From contig CAZNVH010000056.1 of the NCBI GenBank assembly GCA_964576525.1, positions 42,425-106,424 on the forward strand: DNA of 64,000 nt. Direction: 5' to 3'. Positions 57,136 through 64,000 of this stretch are shown here, in pieces. The notes under the pieces were generated by a model that was not told where the DNA came from, searched no databases, and saw only the letters and a list, made by a program, of their open reading frames with translations. Source of the stretch: an uncultured Enterobacteriaceae bacterium. GTDB taxonomy: Bacteria; Pseudomonadota; Gammaproteobacteria; Burkholderiales; SG8-39. Every line of letters starts with the position of its first letter. The first letter of the stretch is position 1. The position numbers and the translations under genes are program-made.

Positions 57136-58579
57136 AGTACTGCGGCTGGTACGCATCCTGAGCGTCGGACTGCGCTACCGCTTGCACGACCTCGCGTCGC
57201 CGTCGCGCGGCACGCGCCTGCGGCAGGCGCTGGAGACCCTCGGGCCGATCTTCGTCAAGTTCGGCCAGGTCCTCTCCACGCGGCGCGACTTGGTGCCGCT
57301 CGACATCGCCGACGAGCTGGCGAAGCTCCAGGACCGCGTGCCGCCTTTCGCCTCCGACCTTGCGGTGAAGGAGATCGAGAGATCTCTTGGAAAACCTGTA
57401 GCTCAATTGTTCTCGATATTCGATGCAACCCCGGTCGCCAGCGCCTCGGTGGCGCAGGTCCATCTCGCCACGCTTCCCGGCGGCGCGGAAGTCGCGGTCA
57501 AGGTGTTGCGGCCCGGGGTGGAGGCGGCGATCGCGCGCGACCTCGCGCTGCTCGATACCGCCGCCGGCCTGGTCGAGCGCTTTTGGGCCGAAGGCCGCCG
57601 ACTGAAGCCGCGCGAGGTGGTGGCCGAGTTCGCGCGCCACCTCGACGACGAGATAGACCTGCTGCGCGAGGCGGCGAACGCCAGCCAGCTCGGCCGCAAC
57701 TTCGCGGGCTCGCCGCTGCTCCTGGTGCCCGCGGTGCATTGGGACCTGTGCGCGCAGCGCGTGATGGTGATGGAGCGCATGCACGGCACGCCCATTTCTC
57801 AGACTCAACTATTGAAAGACCAGGGAATTGATATCCCGGCCTTGGCGCGGGCGGGGGTGGAAATCTTCTTTACCCAGGTATTCCGCGACGGCTTCTTCCA
57901 TGCCGACATGCACCCCGGGAACATTCTCGTGGCGCCGGACGGCCGCTACGTGGCGCTCGACTTCGGCATCATGGGCACGCTCACCGAGGTCGACAAGAAC
58001 TACCTGGCGCAGAACTTCCTCGCCTTCTTCAACCGCGACTACCGCCGCGTCGCGCAGGCGCACCTCGACGCCGGCTGGGTGCCCGCCGGCACGCGCGTCG
58101 ACGAGTTCGAGGCCGCGATCCGCGCGGTGTGCGAGCCGATCTTCGCCCGGCCGCTCAAGGAGATCTACTTCGGCAAGCTGCTGCTGCGCCTGTTCCAGAC
58201 CTCGCGCCGCTTCAACGTCGAGGTGCAGCCGCAGCTGGTGATGCTGCAGAAGACGCTGCTCAACATCGAGGGGCTGGGGCGCGAGCTCGACCCCGAGCTC
58301 GACCTGTGGACGACCGCCAAGCCCTTCCTCGAGCGCTGGATGGGCGAGCAGGTCGGCTGGCGCGGCCTGCTGCGCACTCTCCGCAACGAGGCGCCGTTCT
58401 GGGCCGCGACCCTGCCGCAGCTGCCGCGCCTCGTGCATCGCGCGCTTGCCGAGGACCGCCTGGGCGCGCTGCACCTGGCGCTCGAGCGCCTCGCCGAGCA
58501 GAACACGCGGCGCAATCGGCTGCTGGCGGTGCTGGTCCTGGTCGCAGTCCTCGGGCTCATCGTGCTTGCCCGCGGATAG
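57128..58579 (+). CDS. ubiB: ubiquinone biosynthesis regulatory protein kinase UbiB
   Basis: About 483 aa. ABC1/UbiB kinase-like motifs ([35 protein letters not shown]). C-terminal TM. The start is TTG 57128 or ATG 57089. Confidence 0.92.
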   Translation: MARVLRLVRILSVGLRYRLHDLASPSRGTRLRQALETLGPIFVKFGQVLSTRRDLVPLDIADELAKLQDRVPPFASDLAVKEIERSLGKPVAQLFSIFDATPVASASVAQVHLATLPGGAEVAVKVLRPGVEAAIARDLALLDTAAGLVERFWAEGRRLKPREVVAEFARHLDDEIDLLREAANASQLGRNFAGSPLLLVPAVHWDLCAQRVMVMERMHGTPISQTQLLKDQGIDIPALARAGVEIFFTQVFRDGFFHADMHPGNILVAPDGRYVALDFGIMGTLTEVDKNYLAQNFLAFFNRDYRRVAQAHLDAGWVPAGTRVDEFEAAIRAVCEPIFARPLKEIYFGKLLLRLFQTSRRFNVEVQPQLVMLQKTLLNIEGLGRELDPELDLWTTAKPFLERWMGEQVGWRGLLRTLRNEAPFWAATLPQLPRLVHRALAEDRLGALHLALERLAEQNTRRNRLLAVLVLVAVLGLIVLARG

Positions 58580-59156
58580 CTCTAGGCCCGACTTCTGGGA
58601 CACGCGCTACCGCGACGGCGTGACGCCGTGGGACGCGGGCGGCGTGCCGACGCAGCTTGCCGTTTGGCTTCTAAACAAAAAACCTTCTCTGAAAGTGCTG
58701 ATTCCCGGCGCCGGGACCGGCTACGAGGTGCGCGCCTTCCACGGGCACGGGCACGACGTGCTGGCGATCGATTTTTCAGAGGCCGCGGTCGAGGCGGCGC
58801 GCAAGGAGCTCGGGCCGCTCTCCCGGCTGTTGAGGAAGGCGGACTTCTTCGCCCTGGAGGAGGGGCAGTTCGACCTGGTCTACGAGCGCGCCTTCCTCTG
58901 CGCCCTGCCGCGGGCGCTGTGGCCGCAATGGGCAAGCCGCATGGCGGAGCTGCTGCGGCCGGGGGGCGAGCTCGCCGGGTTCTTCTACTTCGATGACCAC
59001 CCCAAGGGCCCGCCTTTCGGCATCGCGCCGGCGGAGTTGAGGGCGCTCCTGGAGAAAGCCTTTGAATTGACGGAGGAGCAGCTGGTCCCGGCGTCCCAGT
59101 CCATCCCGGTGTTCGCGGGAAAGGAAATTTGGCAGGTCTGGAAGCGACAGCTATGA
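58566..59156 (+). CDS. TPMT-family SAM-dependent methyltransferase
   Basis: About 196 aa, [14 protein letters not shown] and [12 protein letters not shown]. The start is uncertain (TTG 58566, overlapping the ubiB end). Confidence 0.75.
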   Translation: MPADSSRPDFWDTRYRDGVTPWDAGGVPTQLAVWLLNKKPSLKVLIPGAGTGYEVRAFHGHGHDVLAIDFSEAAVEAARKELGPLSRLLRKADFFALEEGQFDLVYERAFLCALPRALWPQWASRMAELLRPGGELAGFFYFDDHPKGPPFGIAPAELRALLEKAFELTEEQLVPASQSIPVFAGKEIWQVWKRQL

Positions 59157-59166
59157 TTGCCCGCGC

Positions 59167-60609
59167 ATGCTGATCGGGTCGGTCATCCTGTACCTCCTGC
59201 TCACGATCGCCATCGGTTTGTGGGCGGCGCGGCGCGTCCACAACGCCAGGGATTACGTAGTCGCCGGCCGCAGCCTGCCGCTCTACATGAGCGCGGCGAC
59301 GGTGTTCGCCACCTGGTTCGGCGCCGAGACGGTGCTGTCGGTGTCGGCGACCTTCGCCAAGGACGGCCTGGGCGGCATCGTCGCCGACCCCTTCGGCGCC
59401 TCGTTCTGCCTGCTGTTCGTGGCGCTGTTCTTCGCGCGCGCCTTCTACCGCATGGACCTCCTGACGATCGGGGACTTCTACCGCAAGCGCTACGGCAAGA
59501 CGGTCGAGGTGATCACCAGCGTCGCGATCACTGCCTCGTACCTGGGCTGGACCTCTGCGCAGATGACCGCGCTCGGGCTGGTGTTCTCGGTGCTGTCGGG
59601 CGGTGCCATCAGCCTGAACGTCGGCATCGTGATCGGCGCGGTCATCGTGGTCGGCTACACCATCTGGGGCGGCATGTGGTCTGTGGCCCTGACCGACCTC
59701 TTCCAGTCGGTGGTGATCCTGGTCGGCCTTACGGTGGTGGCATGGCTGGTGAGCGACATGGCGGGCGGGGCGGGCAAAGTTATCGCGGCGGCCTCCGAAG
59801 CCGGCAAGTTCGAGTTCTGGCCGAAAGGCGGCACCAAGGAATGGCTGTGGTTCCTGGCCGCCTGGATGACGCTCGCCATCGGCTCGATCCCGCAGCAGGA
59901 CGTATTCCAGCGCGTCACCTCGGCAAAGGACGAGAAGACCGCGGTGCGCGGCACGCTGATCGGCGGCGCTGTGTATTTCGTCTTCGCCTTCGTGCCGATC
60001 TTCATCGCCACCGCGGCGCTGGTGATCGACCCCGGCTACGCCAAGCTGTTCGCCGACGAGGACGCGCGCGAGATCCAGCGCATCCTGCCCAACCTGATCC
60101 TCGACCGGACCCCGGTGTGGGCGCAGGCGCTGTTCTTCGGCGCGCTGCTTTCGGCGATCCTGTCCACCGCGAGCGGCGCGCTGATCGCGCCGACCGCGCT
60201 GTTCACCGAGAACGTGATCCGGCCTTTCGCCGGCAACATGAGCGACCGGCAATTCATGCTCCTGTTGCGCGTGGTGCTAGTCACCTTCACGCTGGCGGCG
60301 CTGCTGTTCGCGCTCAACTCGAAAAGCACCATGTACGAGATGGTGCAGAACGCCTACAAGGTGACGCTGGTGTCGGCGTTCGTGCCGCTGGCGGCGGGGA
60401 TCTTCTGGAAGCGCGCCAACACGGTCGGCGCCATGCTCTCGGTGGTATTCGGCCTCGTTTCCTGGACCATCGCAGAGATGGTCGCGGCGGACGCCACCGT
60501 GCCGCCGCAGCTCGTCGGCCTCGGCTTCTCGATCGTCGGCATGGTCCTCGGTTCGCTGGTGCCGAGCGCGAGCAGCGCGCCGGCTGCGGACACCCACGGC
60601 AAGCACTGA
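59167..60609 (+). CDS. sodium:solute symporter family transporter
   Basis: 480 aa, polytopic, with the SSF N-terminal signature (DYVVAGRSLPLYMSAATVFATWFGAETVL). Confidence 0.85.
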   Translation: MLIGSVILYLLLTIAIGLWAARRVHNARDYVVAGRSLPLYMSAATVFATWFGAETVLSVSATFAKDGLGGIVADPFGASFCLLFVALFFARAFYRMDLLTIGDFYRKRYGKTVEVITSVAITASYLGWTSAQMTALGLVFSVLSGGAISLNVGIVIGAVIVVGYTIWGGMWSVALTDLFQSVVILVGLTVVAWLVSDMAGGAGKVIAAASEAGKFEFWPKGGTKEWLWFLAAWMTLAIGSIPQQDVFQRVTSAKDEKTAVRGTLIGGAVYFVFAFVPIFIATAALVIDPGYAKLFADEDAREIQRILPNLILDRTPVWAQALFFGALLSAILSTASGALIAPTALFTENVIRPFAGNMSDRQFMLLLRVVLVTFTLAALLFALNSKSTMYEMVQNAYKVTLVSAFVPLAAGIFWKRANTVGAMLSVVFGLVSWTIAEMVAADATVPPQLVGLGFSIVGMVLGSLVPSASSAPAADTHGKH

Positions 60610-60634
60610 GCTCGCGGCAGCCCGCGCCTCGCCG

Positions 60635-61672
60635 CTGGCGAGGATCCTGTTTCTGGTCTACGTCGTCCTCGCCGCCTACGCCTCGCTCTATCCGCTGGAG
60701 GGCTGGCGCGCGGTCGGTCTTTCTCCCTTTGCCTATCTGACCGGTTCCTGGCCGCGCTACGTCACTGGCTTCGACATCGCGGCCAACGTCGCCGGCTACC
60801 TGCCGTACGGCTTCCTGGCGGTGGCCGCCCTGCATCCGCGCTTGCGTGGCGCCGCCGCGTTCGCCGCCGCGGTGGCGAGCGGGGCAGCGCTTTCGCTCCT
60901 GCTCGAGGCCGGCCAGAGCTACCTGCCGGCGCGCTTCGCCACCAACCTGGACGTGCTGTGCAATGTCGCCGGCGCGGCGCTCGGCGCGGCGCTCGGGCTG
61001 CGCTTCGCGCCGCGGGTCGCCGAAGGGCCGCTCGAGCGGGAACGCGCCGCGCTGTTCCTGCCCGGCGCCAGCATCGACTTCGGGCTGGTGCTGATCGGCC
61101 TGTGGCTGTTCATCCAGCTCAACCCGGCGACGCTGCTGTTCGGCGCCGGGGACCTGCGCGACTTCCTCGCGCCGCTCGAGGGACGGGCGCGCGGACCCGA
61201 GTTCTTCGTCTTGATCGAGGCGTTCACCACCGCGGCCAACATGGTCGCGGTCGGCCTGCTGCTCTCGGCGCTCACTGCGCCCGGGCAGCGCGCGCTCGGC
61301 CTGCTCGCCGGCGTGGTGCTCGCGGCGCTCGCGGTCAAGGCGACGGGCTTCGCCATCCTGATGCGCGCCGACGACGTGCTCGCCTGGCTCACCTACGGCG
61401 CGCTGCTCGGCCTCGCCGCCGGCACGGCGGGGGCGTTGGCCGCGCTCGAGCTGCCGCGCACCGCGCGCCTCGCTCTCGCGGCGGTGCTGATCATGGTGGC
61501 CACAGTGTTCGTCAATCTCGCGCCGCCGAACCCCTACCTCGCGGCGATGCTCAAGGTGTGGCAGCAGGGGCACTTCCTCAACTTCAACGGCCTGACGCGC
61601 GTGGTCAGCGCGCTGTGGCCGTTCATGGCCCTCGGCTACCTCATCTTTCTCGCCGCACGCCGGCTAAAATAG
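60635..61672 (+). CDS. VanZ-like family membrane protein
   Basis: The track ORF starts at GTG 60821, but the in-frame upstream sequence (ILFLVYVVLAAYASLYPLEGW...GFDIAANVAGYLPYGFL) looks like the genuine VanZ-like N-terminus. The only candidate starts are CTG 60635 or 60647. Confidence 0.65.
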   Translation: MARILFLVYVVLAAYASLYPLEGWRAVGLSPFAYLTGSWPRYVTGFDIAANVAGYLPYGFLAVAALHPRLRGAAAFAAAVASGAALSLLLEAGQSYLPARFATNLDVLCNVAGAALGAALGLRFAPRVAEGPLERERAALFLPGASIDFGLVLIGLWLFIQLNPATLLFGAGDLRDFLAPLEGRARGPEFFVLIEAFTTAANMVAVGLLLSALTAPGQRALGLLAGVVLAALAVKATGFAILMRADDVLAWLTYGALLGLAAGTAGALAALELPRTARLALAAVLIMVATVFVNLAPPNPYLAAMLKVWQQGHFLNFNGLTRVVSALWPFMALGYLIFLAARRLK

Positions 61673-61679
61673 CGGGCTC

Positions 61680-61991
61680 ATGTCGTACTACTCCAGGCAT
61701 GTCTTTTTCTGCTGCAACCAGCGCGACGGCGGCGATCGCCCCTGCTGCAACGGCAAGGGCGCGTCGCAGATGCGCGACTACGCGAAGAGCCGGGTCAAGG
61801 CGCTCGGCCTCGCCGGCGAGGGCAAGGTGCGCGTCAACCAGGCGGGCTGCCTGGATCGCTGCGAGGAAGGTCCCTGCGTGGTGGTCTATCCCGATGCGGT
61901 CTGGTACACCTACGTCGACCGCTCGGACATCGACGAGATCATCGAGGAACACCTGCAGAACGGCCGCATCGTCGAGCGCCTCAGGATGTAA
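61680..61991 (+). CDS. thioredoxin-like [2Fe-2S] ferredoxin family protein
   Basis: 103 aa with the Cys pattern FFCCNQR...PCC...GCLDRCEEGP and the typical VVYPDAVWY segment. Confidence 0.8.
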   Translation: MSYYSRHVFFCCNQRDGGDRPCCNGKGASQMRDYAKSRVKALGLAGEGKVRVNQAGCLDRCEEGPCVVVYPDAVWYTYVDRSDIDEIIEEHLQNGRIVERLRM

Positions 61992-62596
61992 TGCGGGCGA
62001 GCACCCGTCGCGAATTCATCGCCGGCCCGGCAGGCCGCATCGAATGTGCAGTCGACGAGCCCGCGAGGGAGGGTCAAGGCGGAGCGCTCGGCGTCGCTCT
62101 TATCGCGCATCCGCATCCCTTGTTCGGCGGCACGCTCGACAACAAGGTCGTGCAGACGCTGGCGCGCTCGTTCGTGGAGATGGGCTATCAGGCGTGGCGG
62201 CCGAATTTCCGTGGCGTCGGCCAGACCGAGGGCGTACATGACGAAGGCAGGGGCGAGCTCGACGATCTTTCGACCGTCCTCGAAAAAATACGCACTGAAA
62301 GGTTCATCCTTGCCGGTTTCTCCTTTGGTGCGGCGCTCCAGGCGAGACTGGCCGAAAAAGCCAAACCGGAATGGCTGGTGCTGGTCGGCATCGGCATCAC
62401 AAGGCTGCCCGCGCCGCCGGTGCCGCCCGGCACGCTGGTGATCCACGGCGAGAACGACGACACGGTGCCGCTCGCGACGGTGATGGACTGGGCGCGGCCG
62501 CAGGAGCTGCCGGTGGTGGTGGTGCCCGGCGCGGACCACTACTTCCACCGCAAACTGCATCTCCTGCGTCGCATCGTCGAGGAACGCAAGCCATGA
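61991..62596 (+). CDS. alpha/beta hydrolase
   Basis: 201 aa with the nucleophile elbow GFSFG, and a late Asp and His (ENDDTVP, GADHYF). Confidence 0.78.
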   Translation: MRASTRREFIAGPAGRIECAVDEPAREGQGGALGVALIAHPHPLFGGTLDNKVVQTLARSFVEMGYQAWRPNFRGVGQTEGVHDEGRGELDDLSTVLEKIRTERFILAGFSFGAALQARLAEKAKPEWLVLVGIGITRLPAPPVPPGTLVIHGENDDTVPLATVMDWARPQELPVVVVPGADHYFHRKLHLLRRIVEERKP

Positions 62597-63495
62597 GCGC
62601 GCTTTCAGCACGCGGGCTGCGCAAGTCCTACGGCGATATGGAGGTGGTGTCGGGCGTCGACCTCGTGGTGGAGCCGGGCGAGTGCTTCGGCCTGCTCGGG
62701 CCCAACGGGGCGGGCAAGACCACCACGCTCAAGCTGTGCCTCGGCCTGATCGAGCCCGGCGCGGGCGAGATCGAGCTGCTCGGCGAGCCGGTGCCACGCC
62801 GTGCGCGCGAGGCCCGCGTGCGGGTCGGGGTCGTGCCGCAGTTCGACAACCTCGACCCGGACTTCACCGTCGCCGAGAACCTGGTCGTCTACAGCCGCTA
62901 CTTCCGCATCCCGGAGGACCGCATCCGGGAGCGCATCCCGGGCCTGCTCGAGTTCGCCGGCCTGGCCGGGCGCGGCGACGCCAAGATCAACACCCTTTCG
63001 GGCGGCATGAAGCGCCGCCTCACCCTGGCACGCGCGCTGGTCAACGATCCACAGCTCGTGTTCATGGACGAGCCGACTACCGGGCTCGACCCGCAGGCGC
63101 GCCATCTCATCTGGGAGCGGCTGCGCCGCCTGACGCAGGAAGGCAAGACGCTGGTGCTGACGACGCACTTCATGGAAGAGGCCGAGCGGCTATGCCACCG
63201 CCTGGCGATCATGGACCGCGGCCGGATCATCGCCGAGGGCTCGCCGCGCGCGCTCATCGCCGAGCACATCGAACCGCAGGTCCTCGAGGTGCACGGCCCC
63301 GGCTACGAGACCTGGATGGAGAGCGCCAGGAGCCTCGCGCCGCGCCTCGAGCGCGTCGGCGACACGGTCTATTGCTACGGCAACGACATCGAGCCGCTGC
63401 TCAAGAGCATCTCCGGCGAGCTGAGCTACCTGCACCGCCGGGCGAGCCTGGAGGACGTGTTCCTCAAGCTCACCGGCAGGGACCTGAGGGACTAG
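62593..63495 (+). CDS. ABC transporter ATP-binding protein (NodI/ABC-2 type)
   Basis: 300 aa from the ATG at 62593. Walker A GPNGAGKTT, signature LSGGMKRRL, Walker B LVFMDEPTTGLD. Confidence 0.92.
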   Translation: MSALSARGLRKSYGDMEVVSGVDLVVEPGECFGLLGPNGAGKTTTLKLCLGLIEPGAGEIELLGEPVPRRAREARVRVGVVPQFDNLDPDFTVAENLVVYSRYFRIPEDRIRERIPGLLEFAGLAGRGDAKINTLSGGMKRRLTLARALVNDPQLVFMDEPTTGLDPQARHLIWERLRRLTQEGKTLVLTTHFMEEAERLCHRLAIMDRGRIIAEGSPRALIAEHIEPQVLEVHGPGYETWMESARSLAPRLERVGDTVYCYGNDIEPLLKSISGELSYLHRRASLEDVFLKLTGRDLRD

Positions 63496-63503
63496 GAGGA
63501 GAA

Positions 63504-64000
63504 CTGAATACGCGCTGGGTCTCTGTGTGGCGTAGGAACATGCTGGTCTGGCGAAAGCTCATGGCGGCGGCCGTGCTGAGCAACCTCGCCGACCCGCTGA
63601 TCATGCTGTTCGGCCTCGGCTACGGCCTGGGCGCGCTGCTGCCCTCGGTCGAAGGCATGTCCTACATCGCGTTCTTCGCCGCGGGGCAGCTGTGCACCGC
63701 GACCATGTTCACGGCTTCGTTCGAGTCCATGTTCTCCGGCTTCTCGCGCATGCACGGCCAGAAGACCTGGGACGCGATCCTGTACGCGCCGCTGACCATC
63801 GACGACATCGTCGCCGCCGAGATCGTCTGGGCGGCGAGCAAGGCCTGGCTCACCGGCTCGACCATCGTCGGGGTGGCGGTGGTGTTCGGGCTGGCGAGCT
63901 CGCCCTGGGTGCTGCTCGCGCTGCCGACGGCGTTCCTCGTCGGCCTCGCCTTCTCCGCGGTCGGCCTGGTCATGTGCGTGCTGGCGCGCGGCTGGGACTT
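63504..64000 (+). CDS. ABC-2 type transporter permease (NodJ/YadH-like), partial at the window end
   Basis: The frame is open to the window edge. It has hydrophobic helices and an N-terminus RWVSVWRRNMLVWRKL typical of ABC-2 permeases. The strong Shine-Dalgarno AGGAGGA (63494..63500) favours CTG 63504. The first ATG is at 63540. Confidence 0.75.
   Translation, partial: MNTRWVSVWRRNMLVWRKLMAAAVLSNLADPLIMLFGLGYGLGALLPSVEGMSYIAFFAAGQLCTATMFTASFESMFSGFSRMHGQKTWDAILYAPLTIDDIVAAEIVWAASKAWLTGSTIVGVAVVFGLASSPWVLLALPTAFLVGLAFSAVGLVMCVLARGWD

Overview
This is a GC-rich, tightly packed chromosomal segment. Its gene order looks betaproteobacterial: def-fmt-rsmB-DUF4390-ntrY/ntrX-like-trkA-trkH, accBC-prmA, pyrR-pyrB-pyrC', lipB-lipA, polA-DUF2782-thrB and a ubiE-Tim44-ubiJ-ubiB block. 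I cannot assign a genus from sequence alone. I call about 75 protein genes, nearly all housekeeping. I found no rRNA, tRNA, CRISPR array, transposase or integrase, and no multi-gene defence-type or otherwise clearly novel system. The many long ORFs antisense to recognisable genes are GC-rich shadow frames. Features not obvious from the ORF track:
- A 33-aa ribosomal protein THX gene sits just downstream of metH, below the ORF track's size cut-off.
- The metH leader contains a terminator-type hairpin, suggesting a riboswitch or attenuator.
- The porin-glnK-amtB operon has a textbook sigma-54 promoter with two phased NtrC-type palindromes.
- A 19-bp perfect palindrome lies between a MarR gene and a divergent aromatic-catabolic operon.
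- That operon mixes canonical ligABC with gentisate-type isomerase and hydrolase genes and an orphan ferredoxin.
- Three conserved N-termini (fmt, a VanZ-like gene, an ABC-2 permease) are reachable only through CTG starts.

The only clearly accessory DNA is a small lower-GC islet between lipA and polA. It holds a frameshifted retropepsin-like protease remnant and a membrane-anchored, Cys/Asp-rich tandem-repeat protein I cannot place in a family. It is flanked by an abrupt codon-usage break inside lipA.
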